Virus record (IMG/VR): IMGVR_UViG_3300045988_095445
Length of the DNA stretch: 64,000 bases
Direction: 5' to 3' (one strand)
Origin: a virus
In this document: in pieces, positions 1 to 12,176 of the stretch
Layout of the letters: each line of letters starts with the position of its first letter
Numbering within the stretch: the stretch's first letter is position 1
Notes under the pieces: generated by a model
What the model was told of the DNA's origin: nothing
Databases searched by the model: none
What the model saw: only the letters and a program-made list of their open reading frames with translations
Program-made: the position numbers and the translations under genes

Positions 1-1
1 T

Positions 2-499
2 GGACAGGAGGTAGTAGTAAAGGGTATTTCGCTAATGGACGCCAATGTTGTTTCTGCTATTTTATGCAATTATTCAAAATTAAAAGAAGATAGTTATGAT
101 TAGTTTGAGGGAGATACATGGTATTTAATTCAATCATTTGAAGAAATATGTGATAAAGCTCTTAAAGACTTTCCAATCTATTTACGAATTGTTGAACTCA
201 AAATTGATAAAAAGTAGAATAACGAAATATAGGAAATATTAAAAAATGAGTTTGGTAAAACATATAGTGTTGAATATATTTCTAGCCTATGGAGAAATAA
301 GATTCCTAAACTCATTGCGGAAGAGGCTTTAGAAGATTTTTTACGTTGGTAGTATAAACAAAAAGGATACCCAATGAAAAAATGTTCTAAGTGTGGGCAA
401 TTAAAGCCAGCTCATAATCAATTCTTTTCAAAGAATAAGACAAGCAAAGATAACTTATATAGTATCTGTAAGCGCTGTCGCAATAAGAAAAGAGGTTAA
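2..499 (+). CDS. hypothetical protein with C-terminal C4 zinc ribbon. The 5' end lies upstream of the window.
   Basis: Continuous reading frame from the window edge to TAA at 497-499 if three in-frame TAGs are read through. The C-terminal CxxC...CxxC motif is KCSKCG...CKRCRNKKRG. Confidence 0.45.
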
Positions 500-505
500 T
501 TATAA

Positions 506-1675
506 ATGAGCCATTATTGTAAAAAATGTGGTAAAACTATGGATGATACATAGTTTTATACATCAAAAAATTTAGAGAAGTATCCTCCAGATGGAAAGAT
601 GGATATTTGTAAAAAGTGTCTTACTATGCACATAGATAACTGGGATCCAGAAACTTATAAATGGATTTTATAGGAGATTGACGTTCCATATATTAAAGAA
701 GAATGGAATGGTTTATTGGAGAAATATGGAAAAGATCCAAAGAAAGTTACTGGATTAACTATTATTGGACGCTATTTATCTAAAATGAAATTAAAGCAAT
801 GGAATAAATACGCTTGGGCAGATACAGAAACGCTAGAGAAAGATTCCATTGATAAAAAAGTTCTTAATATGAAAGCTCAAGGATTTACAGAAGATGAAAT
901 CCAAGAGCAGTTGTCTATTGATAGAACTCCTCCAAAACCAAAAGAATTAGAGGATGTTTAGGCCCCTGTAGGAACTCCAGAATATGAAGATCCAGAGGAA
1001 GATGATGATTTTGGTGATTAGCTAACCGAAGAAGATAAATTAGTATTACGTCTTAAATGGGGCCGCGGATATTCTTGGGAAGAAAGAGTAAGAATGGAGC
1101 AGCTTTACAATGATATGATGAGTTCTTATGATATTCAAGGAGCAGGCCATAAAGATACTCTTATTATGGTATGTAAAGCTAGTTTAAAAGCAAATTAGTT
1201 AATTGATGCTGGAGATATTGATGGCTTTTAGAAGATGCAAAAAGCCTATGATAGTTTAATGAAAAGCGGCAAATTTACGGCTGCTTAGAACAAAGGCGAA
1301 TCCGGTGAATTTGTAGATTCAATAGGTGAATTAGTAGCCCTTTGCGAAAGAGAGGGTTTTATTCCTAGATATTATACGGAAGGACCCCAAGATAAAGTAG
1401 ATAGAACTCTTTAGGATTTATAGCAATATACTCATACTCTAGTTACAGAGGAAATGAATCTTGGTAATATGATCGAAGCTTCGTTAAGAGAAATAGTTAA
1501 AGACAGAGAACGCGAGGCAAATATTGATGTTGAAGATAGCGATGAGGATGAAGATTTATTTAATTACGAGCATCCAGAATTAACAGAAGAAGATTATCAA
1601 GAGTATGAAGATATGAAAGAGTCGGAAAGAGACAAAGATGAGGAAATGTTAAATAATATATTAAAGGAGGTTTAA
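506..1675 (+). CDS. hypothetical protein with N-terminal zinc ribbon. Its position suggests a possible small terminase or packaging protein.
   Basis: ATG at 506 with an upstream SD. It is one continuous frame to TAA at 1673-1675 with several in-frame TAGs. ORF-track fragments 716..961 and 1454..1675 are in this frame. It sits immediately upstream of the large terminase. Confidence 0.45.
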
Positions 1676-1678
1676 TAT

Positions 1679-3424
1679 ATGGCATTAAAAGATTTATTAA
1701 ACCTTTCAAATAATAATAAGAAAATTGGTCTTTCCGAAGAAAGAGTTCGTGCGATAATTCCAGCAGCAAGATAGTATATAGCTTTTTGGAGAGAATATCC
1801 AGATATGTTTATTGACTTTTTGTAGACCGGCGGAGACGAGACAAGAAAAAAAGAAATTAATTTTTATTTTTATTAGAGAGTTTTCTTGCGGGCGGCCATG
1901 AGATATAAGTATGTATACATGGTATTTCCCCGTGCCTATTCTAAGTCATTCTTATCAGTATTGGTGCTTATGTGTAGATGTATATTATATCCTGGATGTA
2001 AGCTATTTATTACTTCTGGTGGAAAAGAACAGGCAGCAGGTATAGCAAAAGAAAAAGTCTAGGAAATTTGTAATGCGATTCCTGCACTTTAGAGAGAGAT
2101 TGATTGGCGAAGAGGTAAGACTTAGGAAGGAAAAGATTATTGTAAGTATATCTTCAAAAATGGATCTTATTTTGACAACGTTGCTGCTAGAGAATCTTCT
2201 CGTGGTAAGCGTAGACATGGAGGATTAATTGAGGAGTGCGTTGGTGTAGATGGAGATATTTTAAATGAAGTTTTAATCCCTCTAATGAACGTTGATAGAA
2301 GATGTTTAGATGGATCTGTTCATGAAGAAGAAACACTCAATAAATCCTAGATTTATGTTACTACTGCGGGGTGGAAAAACACATTCCCATATAATAAGTT
2401 GATTACTTTGCTAGTACGCATGATACTAGAACCCGAAAAGAGTATTGTAATGGGCGGAACATGGAGAATTCCTGTACTAGTGGGATTGCAATCCCGCAAC
2501 TTTGTATAGGAGTTAAAACAAGATGGTACATTTAATGAAGCATCATTTGATAGAGAGTATGAATCTAAATGGAGTGGCACCGTAGAAGATGCCTTCTTTA
2601 ATGGTGATGCTTTTGATAGAAGTAGAAAATTGCTTTAGCCTGAATATGAATCTTCCGGGCGCTCTTCTGCTCAAGCATATTATGTTCTTTCTGTTGATGT
2701 AGGAAGAAAGAAATGTCAATCTGTTGTATGTGTATTTAAAGTAACCCCTCAGTCTCAAGGACCAGCGATTAAGTCTCTTGTTAATATATATACTATGGAT
2801 GATGAACATTTTGAAGATTAGGCAATTAAGCTAAAAAGATTATATTATGATTATAAAGCTAAAATTATTGTTATTGACGGTAATGGACTTGGTGCTGGAT
2901 TGATGGATTATATGGTTAAACCACAAATAGTGCCAGATACCAATGAAGTTTTTCCTGATTTTGGTGTAGCTAATGATGAAGATGGAGAATACAAACGATT
3001 TAGAACAGATAATACAGAATATGATGCTATTTATGAAATTAAGGCAAATGCGCCAATTAATACCGAAGCCCATAGCAATGTTTAGACATAGTTGCGGGCT
3101 GGAAAGTTAAGATTTTTAATCGACGAAAAAGTTGCTAGAAATAAATTACTTGGTACTAAGAAAGGTCAAGCCATGAAACCAGAAGAGCGGGCAGAATATT
3201 TAAAACCATTCACTTTAACTTCTATATTAAGAGAAGAAATGCTAAATTTGCGAGAAGAAAATGAGGGCGTAAATATTATTTTAAAATAGGCAAATAAGTC
3301 TGTGCCCAAAGATAAATTCTCTGCGCTTGAATATGGATTATATTATATTAAATAGGAAGAAGATAGTAAACGCAAGCGTAAAAGTAGAAGATTTTCAGAT
3401 TTTATGTTTATGAGTGAGGTGTAA
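1679..3424 (+). CDS. terL: terminase large subunit (ATPase plus RNaseH-like nuclease)
   Basis: SD AAAGGAGG then ATG at 1679. It is about 581 aa when TAGs are read as sense. There is a deviant Walker-A-like PRAYSKS. The nuclease-domain motifs are YYVLSVDVGRKK and VIDGNGLGAG. The gene sits upstream of the portal. ORF-track pieces 2900..3085 and 3092..3289 are in this frame. Confidence 0.7.
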
Positions 3425-3427
3425 GAT

Positions 3428-3784
3428 ATGAAAGCTAGTCGTGGAGAAATTAAAATTCATGAAATATTAGAGCAAAATGGCATGAACTTTAAAGAAGAGT
3501 ATGAGTTTCCTGGGCTGAAAGCACCAAGTGGCAGGCCACTTCGTTTTGATTTTGCTGTTTTTGATGATGATGGAAATCTTGATTTTTTAATTGAGTATCA
3601 GGGTAAATAGCATTATTAGGCTGTTAGTAAATTTGGTGGAAATAGAGGATTATACCAATAGAAATATAATGATAATCAAAAGCGCAGATTTTGTGCATTA
3701 AAAGGTATTACCCTCATTGAAGTTCCCTATACGGAGGAAAATATCATCTCTTATGATTATTTAATGAGTAAAGCTGGATATTAA
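3428..3784 (+). CDS. Vsr/DUF559-like small endonuclease, possibly a free-standing homing endonuclease
   Basis: The protein is 118 aa with 3 in-frame TAGs. Motif FDFAVFDDDGNLDFLIEYQGK-Q-HY...IEVPY resembles very-short-patch-repair/DUF559 PD-(D/E)xK nucleases. It is inserted between terminase and portal. Confidence 0.45.
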
Positions 3785-3801
3785 CACCTGGAGGTGATAT
3801 T

Positions 3802-5427
3802 TTGTTAAAACGTCGATAGGAAGAAATAAGAGCTAAAGGTTTTGATCTACTAGATCGAGGTATTATTACTCGTTATCAATAGGAAGAAGATTTTTTGAAC
3901 TATGATACTGTTGATTATGCAAAAATGCGAGTTGGATTACGGTCTGTGGATGATGCGCTTATTAATCTAGGCACATATAAAAAGATAAATAGAAATTATG
4001 GAGATAAAAAGTTTGTATTAAATGCTATTTATAAGCATGATTACAAGACTTTAAGAGAGATTTCTAATTACTTTTATGAAAGTAGCGGTATTTATTATAG
4101 ATTATGTAAATATTTAGCCTTCTTATATAGATTTGATTGGTATATTACTCCATACACAGTAGATGCGTAGAAAGATAAAGATAAGCTATTGAAAGATTTT
4201 TCAAAGGTCTTACTTTACCTTGATAAATCTAGTGTGAAGAGAATGCTTGGAAATATATCATTAGATATTATTAAAGAAGGAGCTTATTATGGTGTAATTG
4301 TTGATTTTGGAGATAGATTTGCAATTTAGAAATTACCAGCTTCATATTGCAGAAGTAGATATTTCTAGGGCCCTAATCCAATAGTAGAATTAAATCTTTA
4401 GTTTTTTGACACTTATTTTGCCAATCCGCAATATAAAATCTAGATATTAAAGATTTTTCCACAGGATATTCAAAAGGCATATATTCTTTATAAACAGGGA
4501 AAATTAAAAGGGGATTATCCAGGTGATACTACTGTATGGTATCCACTAGATCCTAGTATTTCTGTAAAGTTTAGTCTAAATGATAATGAATTTCCTTTTC
4601 TAGCTGGGGTTATTCCTTCTATTATTGATTTGGATCAAGCACAAGAATTAGATCGTCAAAAGACAATGCAACAATTATTAAAAGTTATTATTTAGAAGTT
4701 GCCTCTTGATAAAAATGGAGATTTGATTTTTGATGTTGATGAAGCAAGGGATATTCATAATAATGCTGTAACTATGTTAAAACGAGCTATTGGTGTAGAT
4801 GTATTAACAACTTTTGCAGATATTGAAAAAATTGATACAAAAGATAATAATTCTAATACAACGACAGACGATTTGGAAAAAGTTGAACGTACAGTTTATA
4901 ATAACTCAGGTGTAACTCATAATTTGTTTAATGCAGATGGCAATATTGCAGTTACAAATTCTATTTTGACAGATGAATCTAGCGTAAGAGATATTCCTCT
5001 CATGTTTACAGATTTATTAAATCGAGTAGTAGAGAAATTTAATCGCAAAAATCATTATGAGTTTAGAGCGGAAATGTTAGAAACTACCTAGTTTAATTAT
5101 AAAGAGTTATCTAAATTATATAAAGAGCACGCTCAACTGGGTTATTCTAAGATGTTGCCGCAGATTGCTTTAGGTCACTCTCAATCAAGTATATTAGCTA
5201 CATTAACATTTGAGAACGAAGTATTGAATTTAGCAGAAATTATGATTCCGCCTATGAGTTCTAATACCAGAAGCGGAAAAGATTTGGGTAATAATAATTA
5301 GTCATCTAAAACTAATTCTTAGAATAAGTAGACAAGTTCAACTAATACTGATGGAGCCGGCAGGCCCAAAAAAGAAGATGGCGAAAAGTCAGATAAGACA
5401 ATAGCTAATCAAGAAAGTTCGTCATAA
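3802..5427 (+). CDS. portal protein (putative)
   Basis: TTG start at 3802 after GGAGGTGA. It is 541 aa and continuous through many TAGs, and ORF-track fragments 3895..4170 and 4699..5091 share its frame. It follows the terminase. The charged C-terminal tail is typical of portals. Confidence 0.5.
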
Positions 5428-5441
5428 AGGAGGGATTAAAC

Positions 5442-6653
5442 TTGCATATTAGTGTTCCCATTTTAAATACGATGGAATATATTTAGAACACTTAGATTTC
5501 TCCTCTAGTTAGTAAAGGTGTCTGCAAAGTTTGCTACGTTGGGTAGCAACCTAACCGCAACCATACTGTAATTACCAAAGAAGTGGCCGCGGAAATGGGA
5601 CGTAAACTACCAGGAAGTCCTATTGTTGGATATTTTAATCATGAAATAAATGATTTTGAAGGCCACAACAGAGAAATTATTGTTCGAGATGGTAAGTTTG
5701 CTATTGTTGATACTACAAGACCATATGGATTTGTTCCTACAAATGCAAATGTATGGTTTTAGAAGTTCAATGATGAAGGCGTAGAAAGAGAATATCTTGT
5801 GACAGATGTATACATTTGGACTAGCGTTTATCCAGAATCTAAAAGAATCCTGGAGAATGGCAATAACCATTCTATGGAATTGAATGAAGAAAATCAATCA
5901 GGATTTTGGACAAAAGATGATAAAACAAATGAAAGAATCTTTATCTACAATGAGGCATTGATTGAGAAATTATGTGTTCTCGGAGAAAATGTTGAGCCTT
6001 GTTTCGAGGGAGCTCAATTTAGTTCTCAATTTTCTTTGGAGAATAATCAAGAGTTTTAGAAACTTAAAACTATGATGTATTCTATGATGGATCAATTAAA
6101 AGAAACTTTAAATAAAGGAGGCTCTCAAGAACCTATGGAGAATGAGAAGAAAGTACCTACTGATTTCGAGAAAAATACTCCAGCCCCAGAGGGAGAAAAA
6201 GAAAAGAAAAAGGATGCTCCTCAAGGTAAGAAGTACAATCTTGAAGAAGTAACAGAATATACAGAGTTACTTACAAAGTTTACCGATTTAGAGACTAAGT
6301 ATTCTGCTCTTGAGCAAGAAAAAACTAATCTAGATAATGAAGTTACAGCACTAAGAGAATTTAAACTTAATGCTGAACGTCAAAGTAAACAACAAATGAT
6401 TGATAGTTTCTATATGTTAAGTGATGAGGATAAGAAAGATGTCGCTGAGCATATTGATACTTATTCTTTAGATGATATTGAAGCTAAATTATCTATTCTT
6501 TGTGTTAGAAATAAAGTAAATTTCAATCTTGAAGAAAAGCATAAAGAAGAAGATAATACCCCAAAGGGACTTTTTAATTTAAATAATCCAGAAACTGACA
6601 ACGTTCCTGATTGGGTAAAAGCAATTCGTGAAACTGCTAAAAGCAGTATTTAA
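5442..6653 (+). CDS. capsid scaffolding protein (coiled-coil C-terminal half)
   Basis: TTG start at 5442 after AAGGAGGG. It is 403 aa. ORF-track fragments 5799..6059 and 6072..6653 are in one frame. The C-terminal half is rich in E/K/Q heptad-like sequence. It lies between portal and capsid genes. Confidence 0.5.
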
Positions 6654-6666
6654 GGAGGATTAAAGA

Positions 6667-7356
6667 ATGGCTAAGAGTTCTAAAAGATTAGGTAATGCCA
6701 CTTTTGTCCAGTATGGATATGGTCAAGTGGAGCCAAACCATCTTTCCGCTCCAAGAAATGGTCAAGTATATGCTCAGCTTCCCGCAGCTAGCACTATTGA
6801 GATTCTTGAGAACGGTCAATTTGTAAAGTATAATTATGCAAAAGGCGTATGCGATTTTAGTACAGAAGCTACTTCTGGCGCTTGGATGATGGTGTTTAAT
6901 GAAGTAAAGATTTATAGAGATCGCGAAACTGACGCTGATTTTGCTATGATTAAGGATAATTATAATGCTCGTGTATATAGTCCAATTGGACAAACAGTTT
7001 CTACACTTGCTACAATAAGTGATTATACCGGAGAAGCTGTACGCGAAGGTAGTGATGTAGCATATAAGAAAAATATGGAGACATTTACTTATCCTGCATT
7101 GATGCCAGAAGGAACTAAAATGGTACCTCGCGTAATTAAGATTAGTATTGGTGATATTTGGACTACTAATACCATTAAGGCTAATGCTGGAGAACTTGCA
7201 GTAGGCAATCGTCTAAAGATTGATACTGATGGATATTTAACTAAAGATACTGAAACTTCTGCTAAAGGTGGAGATTTAGATCCTATCTTTGTAGTAGTAA
7301 AAGTGTATACTATGCCAGATCTTCAACCTGGTGTAAAAGTACAGCGTGTAGGTTAA
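6667..7356 (+). CDS. head protein, TAG-free. It may be a decoration or second capsid protein.
   Basis: Intact ORF with a strong SD (AAGGAGGATTAAAGA ATG). It has no TAG codons and lies between scaffold and capsid genes. Confidence 0.45.
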   Translation: MAKSSKRLGNATFVQYGYGQVEPNHLSAPRNGQVYAQLPAASTIEILENGQFVKYNYAKGVCDFSTEATSGAWMMVFNEVKIYRDRETDADFAMIKDNYNARVYSPIGQTVSTLATISDYTGEAVREGSDVAYKKNMETFTYPALMPEGTKMVPRVIKISIGDIWTTNTIKANAGELAVGNRLKIDTDGYLTKDTETSAKGGDLDPIFVVVKVYTMPDLQPGVKVQRVG

Positions 7357-7375
7357 TTGGAAGGAGTGAAGAAGA

Positions 7376-8428
7376 ATGTTAGATAAAGCTAATTTACTTA
7401 GTTTAATGAAAACTGTCGCTAATGCAAATCCTTCTGGTACCTATAGCTATCAAGGAGAGTCTTTTAGCTATGACGCTTTAAATACCACTTTGCGTAATGA
7501 GCTAAATGAATTTGTTGGCACAGATGAACTTTATAGAGAAAATAAAAATACTCTATTCTCTTTAATTGAGCAGACTATGGATGAAGTTGTTCCTAATCGT
7601 TTACTCAATTCTTATGGCAATTTTGCTGAGATTAGAACTTTCGCACAAGGCGACAAGCCTGTATTTACTCGTAGAACTGGACTTACTCGCGCTAAGCAAT
7701 TCATTACTCGTGTGGGGCTTGCTGGTGTGTATGAGACCTTTAAGCTTGGTTCTGAGAGCTTCGAAGTTGGAACAAGCGCCATTGGTGGAGCTGCTCGTAT
7801 CGGATTTGAGGAGTTCCTTGATGGAAGAGTAAACTTTGCAGAACTTACTCAAATTGTAACAGAGGGTATGCAAGAGCTTATTTATAGAGAGATTGCTCAA
7901 GCTCTTATGGGTTCTATCAATCAGCTTCCCGCGGCAAACCGTTGTGCTGTTGCTGGTTTTGACGAACCAACTATGGATTATCTTGTAAATACTGCTACTG
8001 CTTATGGTCAACCAACTATTTATTGCACTCGTGAGTTTGCAGTAAAAATGATTCCAGATAATGATGCTTGGATTTCTGACAATATGAGAGATTAGTATTG
8101 GGGAACTGGTTATCTTGCAAATTACAAGGGAACTAGAGTGGTAATTCTACCTCAAACTCTTGAAGATGAGACTAACTCCAAAAAGATGATTGATCCAGGT
8201 TATGCTTGGATTATTCCTGGTGGAGCTGAGAGCCGTCCTGTAAAAGTTGCTTTTGAGGGTACTACCCACGTGCGCGAACGCGATGATAATGACGACTGGT
8301 CTCGTGATATTCAGGTTTACCGTAAGGTTGGTGTCGGTGTAATGATGGCGAATAACATCTTCTCTTATGTTGATACTGAACTTCAAGGCGAGCTTGATAA
8401 TACTAACCCAAATCCAAATAATGGTTAA
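7376..8428 (+). CDS. major capsid protein (putative)
   Basis: ORFs 7376..8095 and 8138..8428 are in the same frame, joined by a single TAG at 8096-8098. It is about 350 aa and is followed by a strong terminator. Position and size fit an HK97-fold major capsid protein. Confidence 0.5.
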
Positions 8429-8434
8429 TTGACA

Positions 8435-8466
8435 GGGGATAGGGAAATATCCCTATCCCCTTTTAT
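8435..8466 (+). terminator. rho-independent terminator after the capsid gene
   Basis: Hairpin GGGGATAGGGAAATATCCCTATCCCC followed by TTTTATTT. Confidence 0.7.
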
Positions 8467-8492
8467 TTATTGAGAAAAAGGAGATAAAAATT

Positions 8493-9026
8493 ATGAAAAA
8501 TAGTTGCACTGTTTATAATAAGAGCGCAGGTCGTGTTGTATATAGATTGCCTGAATTGGGCGTGCGCCGTATGTTTTACCCTGGAGAACACAAGGAACTT
8601 GAAGTATCTGAACTAGAAAAGCTAGTACAAACGCCTGGAGGCCGCAAATTAATTTATAATTACTTACTTGTAGATGATAGAGAGATTGTTGAATATCTTA
8701 TTAATGGTAGGGTTGAACCAGAGTATTGGATGAAAGAAGAAGAGATTGATTCTTGGATGAATACGTGTTCTTTAGATGAATTTAAGGATGCTCTTGATTT
8801 TGCTCCAGAAGGCACTAAAGATCTGATTAAATCCCATGCTATTTCTCTTCCTTTAAATGATATGTCTAAAAGAGATGCTTTGGAAAAACAATTAGGATTT
8901 AATGTTACTAAAGCATTAGAATTAACAGCAGATGATAAAAAGAATCCTAAGGAAGAGAAACCTGTAAGAAGAGTGTCAACTACAAGTGAGGATGCTCCAA
9001 AACGCAGAGTAGCTATTTCTGATTGA
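8493..9026 (+). CDS. hypothetical virion-module protein, TAG-free
   Basis: Intact 177-aa ORF with an SD. It has no TAG codons. Confidence 0.5.
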   Translation: MKNSCTVYNKSAGRVVYRLPELGVRRMFYPGEHKELEVSELEKLVQTPGGRKLIYNYLLVDDREIVEYLINGRVEPEYWMKEEEIDSWMNTCSLDEFKDALDFAPEGTKDLIKSHAISLPLNDMSKRDALEKQLGFNVTKALELTADDKKNPKEEKPVRRVSTTSEDAPKRRVAISD

Positions 9027-9045
9027 TATAAGGGAGGTTATAGCC

Positions 9046-9588
9046 ATGGATAATAAGAAATATCCAATTTAGGGCGATCCGACCCCCTTTGAAGAAATTT
9101 ATGATAGATTTTTTGGCAAAATTACTGATGATATGTATATGGAATGGACATAGGAAGATACTGAAAAAGATTTGTATAACATCCTAATGGATGCACTTCC
9201 TGGTTTTGAGTTCCCTCGTTTTCCATTATACAGTTTTACCAATATAGAAAATAATGATGAAGAGACTGGAATAGCAACTATTATTCCAGCCTTTTCTGCA
9301 CATTTAACGATAGAAGAAATAAATATTCTTGCTATTCTAATGTATAATACTTGGTTACAACGCCAGGTGGCTTCAATAGAATAGACGAGAATGAAATATT
9401 CTGGAACAGATTTTAAAATGACTTCCTAGGCCAATCATTTAGCCAAATTAATAGAGTTGAAAAAGGAAGCAGAACGTCAAAGTCATCATATGCAGCGTCT
9501 CTATAAAAGAAGAAAACTAATTGATAATCAAGGCTCTTATAAATCAAACTGGTCAACATTAAGAGAGATGAGTGTTTTTGATGGATAA
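9046..9588 (+). CDS. hypothetical protein (head-tail connector region)
   Basis: SD AAGGGAGG then ATG at 9046. It is 180 aa through 4 TAGs. ORF-track fragment 9172..9384 is in frame. Confidence 0.45.
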
Positions 9589-9889
9589 ATATGATATTAA
9601 TTTCCCATTAGAAACAAAAGAGTAGGATTTAAAGAGATTGATTAATTAGTTATGGAAGTTAATTCCAATGAGAGAGAATAATGAAGACTGGGTAAATCAT
9701 TTGAATGTAATAACAGAAGAAATTAGTGGATTAGTTAAAATGTATAAAGATAGAGTTGAGGGACTTATTTTATTGTCTAAACTGGAAGGGTTATCTTCAA
9801 ATGTCTGTAATGATTTTATGATTTATCGAAAAACAGTCTTTAGATGTATTGATTTGTTGGCGTAGGTGATTAGAGATGACGAATCTTGA
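9581..9889 (+). CDS. hypothetical protein
   Basis: ATG at 9581 overlaps the previous stop. It is 102 aa with in-frame TAGs and ends at TGA. ORF-track fragment 9668..9865 is in frame. Confidence 0.4.
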
Positions 9890-10868
9890 ATTAATGCGAA
9901 AAAGATTTGAATGGTAGGGTGGTATTCACTAGGAAGATAGAATGATCAAAGATAAATGGAGAACTCTTTAGAAAGCATTATTATATTCTTATCAAGCCTG
10001 TACTGTTCAATTAGTCTAGAAGTCAACCTAGGTTTTAGATGCAACGTTAGATGCTGTTGATCCAGATATGAATATTTATCCTATGTGTCGTGCGCTTATT
10101 AATCCAGATAAAGTGAAACAGGACTATGATGATAAGATAATCTCCATAGATCATATTAATCAATATGAGCCTGGAGATGTCTTTGAGTGGAAAAAAACTG
10201 GCACTCATTGGATAATTTATCTTGAAGAAATAACTGAGGACGCTTATTTTAGAGGGGAAATAAGACGTTGTAGATATAGAATTAAGTTTAAAGATTAGGA
10301 AGGGAATTGGTGTTAGACTTGGGCTGCGATTCGAGGTCCAGTTGAAACCCAAATCGAGTCTATTTAGAAGAATCAAGAAAGATTGGATAAACCTAATCTT
10401 AGCTTAAACATACTTATGCCAAGAAATGAAAAAACTATTCATGCTTTTGATAGATATAGTGAATTTTTGTTCGCTGGAAGATGTTGGAAAGTTTAGGCTC
10501 CAGATGATATAAGTATGAAGAATGTAATTGAAGTGAGTGCAGAAGAAGATTATATAAATAGAGATACTGATGATATAGAAAATAGTATGAAAGATGGTTT
10601 AATATTCGAACCAGAAGATCCTACTCCAAATAGCGGGATTATGGGAGAGACTTTTATTAAACCAATGATAGAAGAATCTTATTCTGTAGAAGAAGCTAAT
10701 GGAGCTTGGTCAATATTAGAAAAGAATGTTCCTGTAACTTTATGTCCAAATGGAAATAAATCTGTTTAGTTGGTGTGGAATAAAACTACTCATGGTCAAT
10801 TCACTCTAGTATGGAAGAAGGATAATACTGTACTGGAAAAAGTTATTGTAGTAGAATCTTTATTTTAA
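9876..10868 (+). CDS. hypothetical structural protein (about 330 aa)
   Basis: ORF-track fragments 10068..10298 and 10515..10769 are in one frame, which is continuous from ATG at 9876 to TAA at 10866-10868 through about 12 TAGs. Confidence 0.4.
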
Positions 10869-10883
10869 GGAGAGTGAATTGAA

Positions 10884-11420
10884 ATGAAAAAAAATACTTA
10901 TGAGTATCCTAAATCTAGTTTGTTAGGTATGTAGAAAGATGCTTCTCTGATTATGGAAAGAATACTTTCTAATTAGAATGTTTTGAAATTATTAACTTAT
11001 AATACTAGAGATTGGAAAAGTAAACCGACCGTTACAGGAGATATGATAAAGGAAATGATTGATACTAAGTAGATTTCTGCTGTTCCTAAGATAAAGGTTG
11101 ATAGACCAGAAAAATCTTATTTAAGATTGATTTATGGCACTATGGTTAGAAATTCTACAAATCCTGAATATAGAGATAATACATTTGGTATTGATATTAT
11201 TTGTCATTATGATAATTGGGATTTGGGAGATTATGATTTACGACCTTATCGAATTGCGGGAGAGATAGATTCAATGCTTGATGGAACTCATTTAACGGGT
11301 ATAGGAGAGCTAGAATTTGTATCAGCTACGCCATATATATATGATGAAGAATTTGCTGGTTTGTCTCTAACATATCTTGCTATTCGCGGAAATGAAGATA
11401 AGGTAAATCCGCTTGCTTGA
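10884..11420 (+). CDS. hypothetical protein (neck or tail-completion region)
   Basis: SD GGAGAG then ATG at 10884. It is 178 aa. ORF-track fragment 11127..11420 is in frame. There are 3 in-frame TAGs. Confidence 0.4.
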
Positions 11421-11436
11421 TTATAGATTAGCTTTA

Positions 11437-12162
11437 ATGGCCGGAATTGATATTCCCATTCCTGAATTACAACTTACTATTCACGTTCCCGTCATTAAAG
11501 AGATAGCTCTTATGGGAGAGACAAAATTTTTTATGGCAGTTCAATATTTATGTTTAGATAAAGAATCATTAATATAGGACGAAACTCTTTTATCATCATT
11601 AACTAATTTTCAAGTATTGATGAAGGTGTTAGAATAGTCACAGGATAAAGATAAAAAAAATGCTGTTATTATGCTACTTACATTATTATTTCCTGATTAT
11701 ATACCAGTAATAACTAGAAATTCAATAATTTTAACTAAGCAAGGAGAAAATTAGCCTTTGTTAATAGATGATAATAACTTTGATATTTTTCAAAGCGTAC
11801 TAAAAGAGATTTTGTGTGTAAACAGTCTATTTTAGGGAAATAATGTTATCTATAATCCAGCTAATGACCGAGCTAAAGAAATTGCTGAAAAGTTAATGCG
11901 CGGTAGACGAAAAGTAGCAGAAATCAAAAGCAAAGGAAATAATGAGAGTGTTCTAACACGCTATATATCTATCTTGACAATCGGATCTAATACAATGAGT
12001 TTAGAGGATTGCTTAAATCTAAATATGTTTTAGATATTTGATTTGATGGAAAGATATAATGCGTTTATTGAATGGGATGTTGACTTGCGGGTTCGTCTTG
12101 CGGGCGGCAAACCAGATAAACCAGTTGAATCATGGATGCGAGATATACATCCTAAAAATTAA
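11437..12162 (+). CDS. hypothetical protein
   Basis: ATG at 11437. It is 241 aa through about 6 TAGs, ending at TAA at 12160-12162. Confidence 0.35.
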
Positions 12163-12176
12163 GGAGGAATTAGCTC

